DNA of 64,000 nt, from positions 64,001-128,000 of the forward strand of contig JAKLJL010000010.1 of assembly GCA_023151185.1 (NCBI GenBank), given 5' to 3'. The notes below the pieces were generated by a model. That model saw nothing but the letters and a program-made list of their open reading frames with translations, searched no databases and had not been told where the DNA came from. This document shows positions 39,501 to 47,994 of the stretch, piece by piece (the first letter of the stretch is position 1; each line of letters opens with the position of its first letter). Origin of the DNA: Bacteroidota bacterium. Lineage in GTDB: Bacteria; Bacteroidota; JABWAT01. The translations under genes were made by a program, and so were the position numbers.

Positions 39501-40085
39501 CCGGTGGTTTCCAAAGCCAGAGACCCAAAGCGTTCCGTTGTGGTCGAGCATAATTCCGACCGGACCGGCAAGGCCTGCCTGGGTCGTTGCAGATGAACTG
39601 GTGGTAAAGTTGGGCTGACCGATTACACCATCGGCATCGGCACCAGAAGAAAGGGAAGAGGCATTTTTAAACCTGAGAACCCGGTTATTCCCGTAATCTC
39701 CGATCCACATGGTTCCGTTTGCATCGACATGAATCCCGATCGGCTGGTTAAACTTATTGGCTGTGGTTCCGGTTGAAGCACTGGTAAAATCAGATTGCCC
39801 AAACACGGCTTCAGGCAGAGAGCCGGTCTGGAGTTCTGCTGCATTTCCATATCTGAGAACCCGGTTATTTGACCGGTCAACTACAAATAATTTCCCGGTA
39901 GTCGGGTCCACAGATACCCCGTTCGGACCCTTCAGCATATTCTGAGCCGTGCCGGATCCTGCCGAGACAAAGTCAGACTGTCCCAGAACGCCAGTGGCAG
40001 TCATTCCGTTGGTAAGTTGAGCCTGCAGAGTATAGGTCGGTAAGATCAGCAGAGCCATCAGAAAGAAAGAAAAAAGTTTCTTCAT
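36582..40085 (-). CDS. secreted NHL-repeat beta-propeller + 3 Ig-like domains + CBM-like domain + SGNH hydrolase + T9SS CTD
   Basis: Repeated VxGQxDF and NNRVL; P(T/K/N)GGE-type Ig modules; GSSTSAG, VGG, SND and DGIH SGNH blocks; NFPNPFNP. Confidence 0.88.
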   Translation of the reverse strand: MKKLFSFFLMALLILPTYTLQAQLTNGMTATGVLGQSDFVSAGSGTAQNMLKGPNGVSVDPTTGKLFVVDRSNNRVLRYGNAAELQTGSLPEAVFGQSDFTSASTGTTANKFNQPIGIHVDANGTMWIGDYGNNRVLRFKNASSLSSGADADGVIGQPNFTTSSSATTQAGLAGPVGIMLDHNGTLWVSGFGNHRVTWYKNAATLANGANADGVFGQPDFTSSSGAVGPGNLFNPNSVYTDPDGNLYVSDYTNKRVLRYNSAADKANGAAADAVYGQPDFTSNASGVTQTQFGTTRFVWGDQEGRLYVVEEANNRVMIFNDAKNLGNGAPADYVLGQSDFTTGTGLTTAVNLKTPRAIYVHETPEVSQIWLADYNNHRVLWYQLTEPDTAEVVLTHPTGGEQFFAGDTTDITWTAKAVDTVAIEISYDNRETWSVLADSLPAGSGTLSWIIPDSLSDQVWLRIYDEAKPKHADTTDAAFSIVLPPPDPSFISVVNPKGGEAFRIGEEVTLIWSVKNVDSVTVEASYDSLATWEILASGLPSESGKLTWTVPAHETDNGFIRISDFQNPSVSDTSDSPFSIHYPPYEVKVISPNGYQSWVPGSKKQLLFTAKEADSLEIWYSADGGLNWNLVSDRVSGSQTSFNWTVPADTTSNGRIRIQVKGLPDFGDESDNPFKIRPAATGGQQDLVFFSAGSAPGYWDSSWGFANAPSTLELMNGSKFPVSAEHALLGNYSLKLKWTSGTGGDWMMAAAADGWVGNDATSKDFLEFRVLMTDQTDTVNYPKLFLEDLGNKKSDKISWASYVSETDGSPWKKVRIPIKSFMAKPGAADFTRIKTIFWAQDQTDAVSHTWFIDDLRMTGGKIINYDSLRTIVILGSSTSAGIGPTVADSAYVNRFRKYVQSYDKDALVINLAVGGYTTYDVMPTGFVPPSGRPTPKVNNNITKALSYHPDAILINLPSNDANLGYSVADQLKNYSVLDSICDANNIPVWVTTTQPRNLDTAKRNLLMVMRDSTIARYGDHCVDFWTELANADGTINNKYNSGDGIHLNNAGHRVLFNRVVEAKLWNQLYPVSVEQAEEKPAGFLIEQNFPNPFNPETTVTYHLPDAGLVNFNVFNVLGQQVYSSHEVKSAPGSYQFRFNGAHLASGMYWLTISMKQQSGTIRMVLLK

Positions 40086-40096
40086 TGGTATCTCCG

Positions 40097-40133
40097 AAAA
40101 AAACCGGGCAGAGTCTTTTCAGGACCTGCCCGG
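40097..40133 (-). terminator. intra-operon terminator between the two NHL genes
   Basis: Minus strand CCGGGCAG...CTGCCCGG-TTTTTTT. Confidence 0.75.
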
Positions 40134-40140
40134 CAGTTGG

Positions 40141-41853
40141 TTATTTCATAAGTGTCAGGGATTTTGTGAGGGTTTTACCGTTGGCGGTGATGGTGCAAAA
40201 GTAAATTCCTGAAGCAAGACTGGTAGCTGTAAACCGCAGAGAGTGCTCACCTGCAGTCATTTTCCCGTTTTGCAGAACCTGAAGTTCCTGGCCGATTATG
40301 TTCCTGATTTTTACTGTCACCTCAGAAGCAGCCGGGAGAGTAAACCGGATGGAGGTCTCCGGATTAAACGGATTCGGATAGGCACCCAGGATTTTGAATT
40401 GATCCGGGTTACCCGAAAACTCCAGAATCTGGCTGTAGGAAGCTGACCCGTCAAAATCGGTTTGCTTCAGACGATACCAGACGGTTCCTTCGGTAATCTG
40501 GTCTCTGAGTGAATAATACTGTGTTTCACTTGAATTCCCCTTCCCTGAAACCGATCCGACCTGTGTCCAGTACATCCGGTTGACTGATTTCTCCAGGGTA
40601 AAGCCGGCATTGTTGATTTCTGAACGGGTTTCCCATTTCACCAGAACAGATCCATTGGTTTCAAGTGCGGTGAAAGAGGCCAGTTCAACCGGAAGCGGTT
40701 GTTCGAGATTATATTTCAGTACCCGGCTGTTGTTGTAATCCGCAAGCCAGAATTTCCGGTTTACATTGTCCACCCAGGCTCCCCGAGGGAAGTTCAGGGA
40801 TTGTGCTGTAGGTGTTGCAGGTGCAGAAGAAGAGGTAAAATCGGGCTGACCGATCACATAATCGGCATTGGCATAGTCCCCAAGGGTTGAGGCATCTTTG
40901 AAGACCAGCACCCGGGCAGTGTTTTCGAGTACCACAAACAGGTTATCCATATCGTCTCCGGCAACTGCCCGAAGCGTGCTGAATCCGTTTTGGGTTACCA
41001 TTGCCGAGGCTGATGCAAAATTAGGCTGGCCAAGAACCACATCTGCGGCACCGCCATTGGCTTTCAGCAGCGGATTTTCATACTTGAGTACTCTCAGGTT
41101 TCCGTTATCGGCTACCCACAGGTTTCCGTTCCCGTCGACGAAGCAGGCATTGGGGCTCGAAAGAGTTGAGGCAGACCGGCCGCCGGTGTTTGCAGTCGAA
41201 ATTGTAAATGAGGTTTGCCCTAAAACCGCATCAGCATTGGCGCCGTTCGCCTTGTTTTTGGCATCATCAAACCGTAAAACCCGGTGCTGGGCAAAACAAA
41301 CCACATACAGATTCCCGGATGCATCTTCCCATACTCCCGTTGCACCGCCCGTCTTGGCCTGGGTTGCGCTGGTTGCACTGGTAACAAAATCAGTCTGTCC
41401 CAGAACCCCGTCGGCTGGTGCACCATCAGCCTTGGAGGATACAGAGTCGAATCGCAAGACCCGGTTGTTTCCGTAATCTCCTACCCACATGGTCCCGGAT
41501 GCATTGATAAAAATTCCAACCGGGTTGTTCATTTTGGCGTCTGTTAGTCCGGATGTCCCGGTGACAAAATCGGCCTGACCCAAAACTCCTTCTGCTGCCG
41601 CACCGGTAGTCAGTGAATTGGCTGAAGCATAACGAAGAATCCGGTGGTTTCCGCGGTCAACCACAAACAGTTTCCCCGATACAGGATCAATGGCGACAAA
41701 CCCTGGGTTTTTTAAACCGGTTTGGGTTGTTGCAGTTACTTTACCTGCAAAATCGACCTGCCCGAGAACGACTTCGGCAGTGGGATAGTTTGCGAACTGG
41801 GCAGTTGCCGGTAAAGCGGCAAGCAGGAATACCGATAACAATTTTGATTTCAT
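40141..41853 (-). CDS. secreted NHL-repeat beta-propeller protein with T9SS CTD
   Basis: ADxVLGQxDF repeats, PLPVELASF module, AYPNPFNP. Confidence 0.88.
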   Translation of the reverse strand: MKSKLLSVFLLAALPATAQFANYPTAEVVLGQVDFAGKVTATTQTGLKNPGFVAIDPVSGKLFVVDRGNHRILRYASANSLTTGAAAEGVLGQADFVTGTSGLTDAKMNNPVGIFINASGTMWVGDYGNNRVLRFDSVSSKADGAPADGVLGQTDFVTSATSATQAKTGGATGVWEDASGNLYVVCFAQHRVLRFDDAKNKANGANADAVLGQTSFTISTANTGGRSASTLSSPNACFVDGNGNLWVADNGNLRVLKYENPLLKANGGAADVVLGQPNFASASAMVTQNGFSTLRAVAGDDMDNLFVVLENTARVLVFKDASTLGDYANADYVIGQPDFTSSSAPATPTAQSLNFPRGAWVDNVNRKFWLADYNNSRVLKYNLEQPLPVELASFTALETNGSVLVKWETRSEINNAGFTLEKSVNRMYWTQVGSVSGKGNSSETQYYSLRDQITEGTVWYRLKQTDFDGSASYSQILEFSGNPDQFKILGAYPNPFNPETSIRFTLPAASEVTVKIRNIIGQELQVLQNGKMTAGEHSLRFTATSLASGIYFCTITANGKTLTKSLTLMK

Positions 41854-41984
41854 AAAGGATCTCCGATTGGTTAAGAGTTAATTCCTGAAAGGCAATAGCC
41901 TTCCAGGGCCCCGTGGGCCAGATTTTTTTTAGGGGCAAATGCCCGGATTTTTACCTTGGACTGATTGCGATTTCTGTCTGCCTG

Positions 41985-43013
41985 TCAGTTCCTGAGGGGG
42001 ATGAACGAACCCCTTTGAACCAACCGGGTCTGATACACCACCGGGCTGACAGGTGTCTGGTCTGGTGCGTCCGCGATCCGCTTCAGAATTTCTGAAACCG
42101 AATCACGGCCCATCCGGACGATGTCAAACTTCATGGTCGTCAGCCCGGGCTGCAGCAGGGCAGCCCATTCAATATCATCAAAACCGATGACGGAAATATC
42201 CTCCGGAATTTTCATTCCCTTTTCCGACATCCACTCATAAAATCCCAGCGCCATCCCGTCATTCGAAAAGAACACTGCGGTAGACCGGTTTTTTTCCCGC
42301 ATGATTTCCGGTGCCAGTTCATATCCGGAATTCTGCTTAAAATTTCCTTCCAGAACCTGAAGCTTTACCTCTTCACCGCCGAGATCCGAAATGGCCTTTT
42401 TAAAACCCAGCTTTCTTTGTTCTGCATCCAGGTTTTTCTTTTCTCCTGTTACCAGAGTAATTTTTCTGTGTCCCTGGTTCAGCATATAACTGGCCGCCTG
42501 GTAGGCCCCGTTGAAATTATCGATCAGAAAACTGAAAAACCTGGAATCCTTCAGCTCTTTGCCGATAATTGCTGCCGGTTTTCCCTGCGGAATATGATTC
42601 AGCAGTTTTTCTATTCCCGGTTGCGGATAGTAAATCAGAAATCCGTCTGCGACTCCGTTCATTTTTCCCAGAAGAGTTAACAGTTCTGAGTCGTTATTCT
42701 GAACACTGGTCACCAGCAGGTGGTAGCCCGATTCCCGGGCCCGGGTTTCGGCACCATAGAGAAAATCAGAAAAGAAAATTCCGTAAATCACCGGCAGAAT
42801 TACGCCGATGGTTTTATTCTGATTTCCGGCCAGAGTCCGGGCAGAGGAGTTGGGCAGATACTTCATCTGTTCGGCAATTGCCAGGATCCGTTTCCTTGTC
42901 TTTTCCGGTACCAGTGGGTTATTGTTGAACACCCTGGAAACCGTTGCAATGGAAACTTTGGCCTTTTCAGCCACATCGAAGATGGTAACCTGCCTGGATT
43001 GCGATGGTTTCAT
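41985..43013 (-). CDS. LacI family transcriptional regulator
   Basis: TIFDVAEKAKVSIATVSRVFN HTH, hinge ARTL, PEDISVIGFDD. Confidence 0.95.
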   Translation of the reverse strand: MKPSQSRQVTIFDVAEKAKVSIATVSRVFNNNPLVPEKTRKRILAIAEQMKYLPNSSARTLAGNQNKTIGVILPVIYGIFFSDFLYGAETRARESGYHLLVTSVQNNDSELLTLLGKMNGVADGFLIYYPQPGIEKLLNHIPQGKPAAIIGKELKDSRFFSFLIDNFNGAYQAASYMLNQGHRKITLVTGEKKNLDAEQRKLGFKKAISDLGGEEVKLQVLEGNFKQNSGYELAPEIMREKNRSTAVFFSNDGMALGFYEWMSEKGMKIPEDISVIGFDDIEWAALLQPGLTTMKFDIVRMGRDSVSEILKRIADAPDQTPVSPVVYQTRLVQRGSFIPLRN

Positions 43014-43085
43014 TTGACTTTTATTTCCGGGAAAGAGTTTCTGCCGGAAAATAGTGAAAAAACCTGTTTGCTGACAACCAACTGT

Positions 43086-43129
43086 ATTGTAAGCGTTTAC
43101 AATGTAAGCGTTTACATTTTTTTTGTCAA
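43086..43129 (-). promoter_or_regulatory. sigma70 promoter TTGACA-N17-TACATT overlapped by two tandem LacI-type operators
   Basis: TGTAAGCGTTTACA at 43088-43101 and 43103-43116; -35 at 43129-43124; -10 at 43106-43101. Confidence 0.8.
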
Positions 43130-43219
43130 GCAGAAATATCAGGAATTTTTGGGTTGGGTATGAAGGTGAATTGTGGTGGGAGTTCCGGGTGCCCCGGCTG
43201 GGTTATGGCCGGGGGCCGG

Positions 43220-44092
43220 TTATTTCTCGGAAGTGATGAAAATAATGGAACCAATACCCGAACTGACATCGAATTCAATGACTGTTTTGGCGGATTTATA
43301 ATTTGGGGACATGTGATAATCCCCTTTTTGCGAATATTGCGGGGGAACAGTCAGATTGCTGAAGAATCCGGAGTTGTCTTTGATCCGGACACCAACTGAC
43401 GGCGGCAGAACGATTTTGACTTCACCAACGCCAGTTTCAACGGATACCGATTTGGTGCCTGTTGACGTTCCGGAAAAATCGAGGTAAACTGACCCAACAC
43501 CGTTTTCGATAGCCAGAGATGAAAAATTGAGGTTGTTTACACCAAAGGCTTTGATTTCGCCAACCCCGGACTGGATTTTACATTTCTTGATTTCGGACTG
43601 ATTTAAGGATCGCATGGCCAGTTTTATGGAACCTGCTCCGGAATTCAGATCCAGCCCGGTCAGATTCAGATTGGTCAGATCAAGATCAGCAGACCCCGCA
43701 CCGATGCTGAACCGGATATCGTGTTCGACTTTTGGACCAAGTTCAAGCTTTCCTTTGAACCTGGTGCGGCCGTTTTCTTCATCCTCTTCTTCAGAACTGT
43801 CAAAATTAACACCGTCAGAATTGGTCATAAACTTCATCTTGGCCATATCGTTGAACCGGCGGAAATCGAGTTCCGGATCGAGGGTATGTTTATCGTAGGT
43901 GGCATCCAGATTGAAAAGAACCGGCTTTTGACCGGCCATCAGCCTGATCACTCCATAATCAATTTCGATATCTGACTTCAGGAGTGTTTCCTCGTCAATA
44001 TCGGCAGACTTCATCATCCGGCTTTGTGAAATTCCGGCAGCAGGAAGAAGAAGGCATCCGAGCAGCAATGTGGAGGTGAAGGTTCGTTTCAT
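43220..44092 (-). CDS. LiaF/DUF2154 toast-rack-like envelope stress protein
   Basis: Signal peptide from the ATG at 44092; repeated GAGS/GVG(E/S) beta-helix motifs. Confidence 0.72.
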   Translation of the reverse strand: MKRTFTSTLLLGCLLLPAAGISQSRMMKSADIDEETLLKSDIEIDYGVIRLMAGQKPVLFNLDATYDKHTLDPELDFRRFNDMAKMKFMTNSDGVNFDSSEEEDEENGRTRFKGKLELGPKVEHDIRFSIGAGSADLDLTNLNLTGLDLNSGAGSIKLAMRSLNQSEIKKCKIQSGVGEIKAFGVNNLNFSSLAIENGVGSVYLDFSGTSTGTKSVSVETGVGEVKIVLPPSVGVRIKDNSGFFSNLTVPPQYSQKGDYHMSPNYKSAKTVIEFDVSSGIGSIIFITSEK

Positions 44093-44125
44093 AATTCGCC
44101 CGTTCAGGGTTTGTCCGTTTAGTCG

Positions 44126-44152
44126 TACGGAATCCCCTCCGGAAAGGTTACA
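44126..44152 (-). promoter_or_regulatory. candidate ECF sigma promoter TGTAAC-N17-CGTA
   Basis: Resembles the SigW/SigX consensus and lies between the ECF gene and the LiaF-like gene. Confidence 0.45.
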
Positions 44153-44197
44153 TAACTCTGCCGAAACTTCCGGGGTAGGTGTGATGCCGGGCAATGG

Positions 44198-44812
44198 TCA
44201 ATAATTCCGGATCTTGTCTTTCAGAGCCTTGTACAGGATTTCCCTGGCTCTGAAGATATGAGCTTTTACCGTTCCCAGCGGCATATCCAGTTCATCGGCA
44301 ATTTCTTCATAGGATTTTTCTTCCTGATGCCGCATAATGATCACCCGCTGGTATTTCTCGGGAAGATGGGCAACTGCCTGCTCCAGAACGGTTTTTTTCT
44401 GGTCAAAAATTACTTCTTTGTCGGGAATGAAAGTCGAGTCGGGGATTTCATATTCCATTTCCCCGTCTTTGGTTTCGATGGGTTTGTCAATTGAAAACGT
44501 CCGGATCTTTTTCTTCCGGAGGTAATCAATGCAATTGTTCGTTGCAATTTTATAAAGCCAGGTCGAAAAGGCGAATTCAAAATTGAATGAACGGATGGAA
44601 TTAAATGCCTTGATAAAGGCTTCCTGGGTAAGATCCTCGACATCGGCTTTGTCAAGTACCATTTTATAGATCAGATTGTAAATGGCGTCATGGTATTTCT
44701 TCATCAGAAATTTAAAAGCAGTCTGGTCGCCGTCAATGGCCCGGCGGACAACTCTGAAATCTTCGAGTTTGGATTCTGAAGAAACTTGTGGTTCTGGAAG
44801 CGGCATATCCAT
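44198..44812 (-). CDS. ECF RNA polymerase sigma factor (SigW-like)
   Basis: EDLTQEAFIKAF, FSTWLYKIATN, SYEEIA, GTVKAHIFRAR. Confidence 0.93.
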   Translation of the reverse strand: MDMPLPEPQVSSESKLEDFRVVRRAIDGDQTAFKFLMKKYHDAIYNLIYKMVLDKADVEDLTQEAFIKAFNSIRSFNFEFAFSTWLYKIATNNCIDYLRKKKIRTFSIDKPIETKDGEMEYEIPDSTFIPDKEVIFDQKKTVLEQAVAHLPEKYQRVIIMRHQEEKSYEEIADELDMPLGTVKAHIFRAREILYKALKDKIRNY

Positions 44813-44881
44813 CCTGAAAAGGAATATTTTTTTAAGGTAAGGTTTTTTGTAATTTTATTCAATTCAACGGAGAAACTGCTT

Positions 44882-45496
44882 GTGTTTATTACTTTTGAAG
44901 GCATGGACGGATCCGGTAAGTCAACCCAGATCAGGCTTCTGGCAGAAAAACTGACGGCATTGGGCCGGGAACCCCTGACGATCAGGGAACCGGGCGGGAC
45001 TCCTCTGTCTGAAGAGATCCGGCAGGTGCTGCTGGCCCACCGGAAAGGATCTGTGAGTCTGACAGCCGAAGTCCTCCTGTTTTTTGCTGCCCGTGCCCAA
45101 CTGGTCGATGAAGTCATCCTGCCACGTCTTGAAAAGGGTGATATTGTGATCGCAGACCGGTTTGTGGAATCCTCCTTTGCCTATCAGGGCTACGGAAAAG
45201 GAATGGAAATGGGATTTTTAAAAACTCTGGCCAGGCAGGTTACCCGGAATCTGGTTCCGGATGTGACCTTTTATCTGGATATCAATCTGGAGGGATCCCT
45301 ATCCCGTCAGGACAGCCGGGGAACCCGTGACCGTCTCGAAAGCATGGACCCAGAGACCTGGAACCGGATCCGGGACGGGTATCATGATCTGATCCAGGCT
45401 CATCCTGAACGTTGGGTGGTCATCAATGCCGGTGACACAGTCGGGCATATTCACCATCAGATCTGGACTGAACTCGAACACCGGCTTTCCGTCTGA
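44882..45496 (+). CDS. tmk: thymidylate kinase
   Basis: FITFEGMDGSGKST, REPGGT, ADRF, AYQG. GTG start at 44882. Confidence 0.95.
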   Translation: MFITFEGMDGSGKSTQIRLLAEKLTALGREPLTIREPGGTPLSEEIRQVLLAHRKGSVSLTAEVLLFFAARAQLVDEVILPRLEKGDIVIADRFVESSFAYQGYGKGMEMGFLKTLARQVTRNLVPDVTFYLDINLEGSLSRQDSRGTRDRLESMDPETWNRIRDGYHDLIQAHPERWVVINAGDTVGHIHHQIWTELEHRLSV

Positions 45497-45523
45497 ATCC
45501 CTCCACTGAAAAAGGACGTCCCC

Positions 45524-47125
45524 GTGCAGAAAAAATTTCGCTGGCCGGTGATTTTTACCGGCACCCTCCTGCTTGTGCTGCTGGCCGGATTTACCGCCGG
45601 AAGCAGTGACCTGTTTTTAAAAATTACCCGGAACCTGGAAATCTTCGGAAAAGTTTACCGGCTTGTTCTCGTCAATTACGTGGATGAAATTGATCCGGAT
45701 TCCTTTACTACCGAAGGAATCGGAGCAATGCTGGAAACCCTGGATCCCTACACGGTCTTTTTGAACTCAACCGTTAGTGAAATGGATCTGCTGATGTCGG
45801 GAAATGCAGGCGGAATTGGCATCAGTGTTTACAAAAAGGGAACTGAGATTGCAGTTTCTGAACTCATAGAAGGCTATTCTGCACACCGTGAAGGCGTAAG
45901 AGAAGGAGATGTAATTCTGCAGGTTGATTCAGCGGATGTGACCAGCCTGTCTGATCTGAGCTCAAAAATAAGAGGAGTCCCCGGAACAACCCTGTTGCTG
46001 ACCGTCCGCCGGGAGTCCACAGACGAAATAATTGGGTTCAGGCTCACAAGAGAGAAAATTGAAAATCAAAGTGTTTTGTTTTCGGAAGTACTCGGCGGGA
46101 AAACCGGGTATATCCGGTTGTACCGGTTTAATAAAAATGCCGGGGATGATGTTAAAAAAGCGGTCCAGAAGCTACTGGACCAAAAAATTTCCGGGCTGAT
46201 TCTGGATTTGAGAGGAAATCCGGGCGGAAGGCTGGATGAAGCCATCAGTGTAGCAAAAAAATTCCTGCCCTACAAATCTCTGATCGTAACCACCCGGGGG
46301 CGGAATGAAGACAGCAAGCAATCCTATTCTTCGGATGAAGTTCCGGTTTATTCCGGTCCGATGGCAGTGTTGATTGATTCTCTCTCGGCTAGTGCAGCAG
46401 AAGTAGTGGCCGGTGCCCTTCAGGACCATGACCGGGCCCTTCTCGTCGGGACGAAATCTTATGGCAAGGGTCTTGTCCAAACTGTGATGCCGGTTGCCTA
46501 TGAAACCAGCGTGAAAATAACCACGGCCCGGTATTATACCCCTTCCGGGCGGTGCATCCAGATCAGACCTATTAACCGTCTTGCCGACCACCCGGATACT
46601 CTGAAACCAAGGGAATTTAAAACGGACAAAGGAAAGGTGGTTCTTGAAGCCAATGGAATCAGCCCGGATATCAGAATCGAATCACCGGAAGAACCTGAAA
46701 TACTGACAGAACTGCGCCGGGAAAATGCCTTTTCAGACTTTGCAGCGGTCTGGGTAAAAGCCAATGAAGACAAAGTAACGCCCGGATTTTCATCCGGAAA
46801 GCAGGCCTTTGACGATTTTCTGGACTGGCTCAGGCAAAAATCGGTGGCTGATAAAACCCGGCTTGGAAGTTACCTGACTGAAATCCAGGAGTCATTTAAA
46901 GACCAGGCTGCCTATACGGGTTTTATTTTAAAACTGGATGAGGCAAAAAAGCAGCTTGCCGCAGATGTGTTCAAAGACCTGAACGGACAGGAAGCAGTAA
47001 TCCGGCAGATCCTGAAAAAGGAAATTTTACTCAGGAAACTTTCTTCTGCCCAGGTTCTGGCGCTTTCGTATTCTGAAGATCCGGTTCTTTTGGGTGCAAT
47101 CACCGCACTGGAAAAAGGCAGGTAG
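45524..47125 (+). CDS. S41A carboxyl-terminal protease
   Basis: LDPYT, PDZ domain, DLRGNPGG, SASAAE, GKGLVQ, TTARYYTPSGR. Confidence 0.93.
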   Translation: MQKKFRWPVIFTGTLLLVLLAGFTAGSSDLFLKITRNLEIFGKVYRLVLVNYVDEIDPDSFTTEGIGAMLETLDPYTVFLNSTVSEMDLLMSGNAGGIGISVYKKGTEIAVSELIEGYSAHREGVREGDVILQVDSADVTSLSDLSSKIRGVPGTTLLLTVRRESTDEIIGFRLTREKIENQSVLFSEVLGGKTGYIRLYRFNKNAGDDVKKAVQKLLDQKISGLILDLRGNPGGRLDEAISVAKKFLPYKSLIVTTRGRNEDSKQSYSSDEVPVYSGPMAVLIDSLSASAAEVVAGALQDHDRALLVGTKSYGKGLVQTVMPVAYETSVKITTARYYTPSGRCIQIRPINRLADHPDTLKPREFKTDKGKVVLEANGISPDIRIESPEEPEILTELRRENAFSDFAAVWVKANEDKVTPGFSSGKQAFDDFLDWLRQKSVADKTRLGSYLTEIQESFKDQAAYTGFILKLDEAKKQLAADVFKDLNGQEAVIRQILKKEILLRKLSSAQVLALSYSEDPVLLGAITALEKGR

Positions 47126-47128
47126 TCC

Positions 47129-47941
47129 ATGGAACTGCTCATCTGGATTGCTTCGGGCCTGCTGATCGGGGTTTTCTCAGGTTTTTTTGGAGTCGGTGGC
47201 GGAACAATTTCAATTCCGCTGCTTACGGTTATTTTCGGATTTTCTGGTTACACCCATGAAGGGGCACTGAAATCGGCCATTGCCACCTCCCTCCTGATCG
47301 GGTTTTCTGCCAGTCTCTTTGCCAGTTTCCGGAACGCCAAAATCTGGCGGCCGCCGGTTGGCCGGATTCTGACTCTGGCAGCAGGAAGTTTGCTGGGAAC
47401 GCGTGCAGGCGTACTGCTGTCTGTTCAGCTTCCCGGAACCGAACTCAGTTATATTTTAGGGACTGTATTACTGGCGGTTTCCCTTTACTATTTCTTTTCA
47501 GGGGAACCCGAAGCCGGACAGGAACCCAATGCCCGGGTTAAAGAAACCATTTTCACTCTGGTTCCGGCAGGTTTTGTCATCGGAGTGTTTTCCGGACTGA
47601 CCGGAATGGGCGGCGGGGTGATTCTGATCCCGGCTCTGACTTTTCTTTTTGGAGAGGAGCCCCGGCGGGCTGCTGTAACCAGCAGTTACATGATTATTCT
47701 CACTACCATTTTCGGGGTGATTCAGTACGGGATGATGACACCGGTATTCCGGATTCCGGAAGGGTACACCCATTGGGGGTATCTGTCTCTGACAACCGGA
47801 ATTCCGGTTGCGGTAATGGCTGCCGCAGGTGGCTATTCCGGGGCACGGCTTCTGCACCGGACGGCTTCACCGGCCTGGAAAAAATCATTTGCCGTTATTT
47901 TGATTCTGGTCGTGGCTGATTTGTTTTTCTTCGGGATCTGA
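47129..47941 (+). CDS. sulfite exporter TauE/SafE family
   Basis: Duplicated GxxGxGGG motifs, AIATS and AAVTS. Confidence 0.88.
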   Translation: MELLIWIASGLLIGVFSGFFGVGGGTISIPLLTVIFGFSGYTHEGALKSAIATSLLIGFSASLFASFRNAKIWRPPVGRILTLAAGSLLGTRAGVLLSVQLPGTELSYILGTVLLAVSLYYFFSGEPEAGQEPNARVKETIFTLVPAGFVIGVFSGLTGMGGGVILIPALTFLFGEEPRRAAVTSSYMIILTTIFGVIQYGMMTPVFRIPEGYTHWGYLSLTTGIPVAVMAAAGGYSGARLLHRTASPAWKKSFAVILILVVADLFFFGI

Positions 47942-47994
47942 CCGGCAAACGGGAAAGTGCCGGTGTTTAGTTATTAACCGCCGGAAGCCACGGT

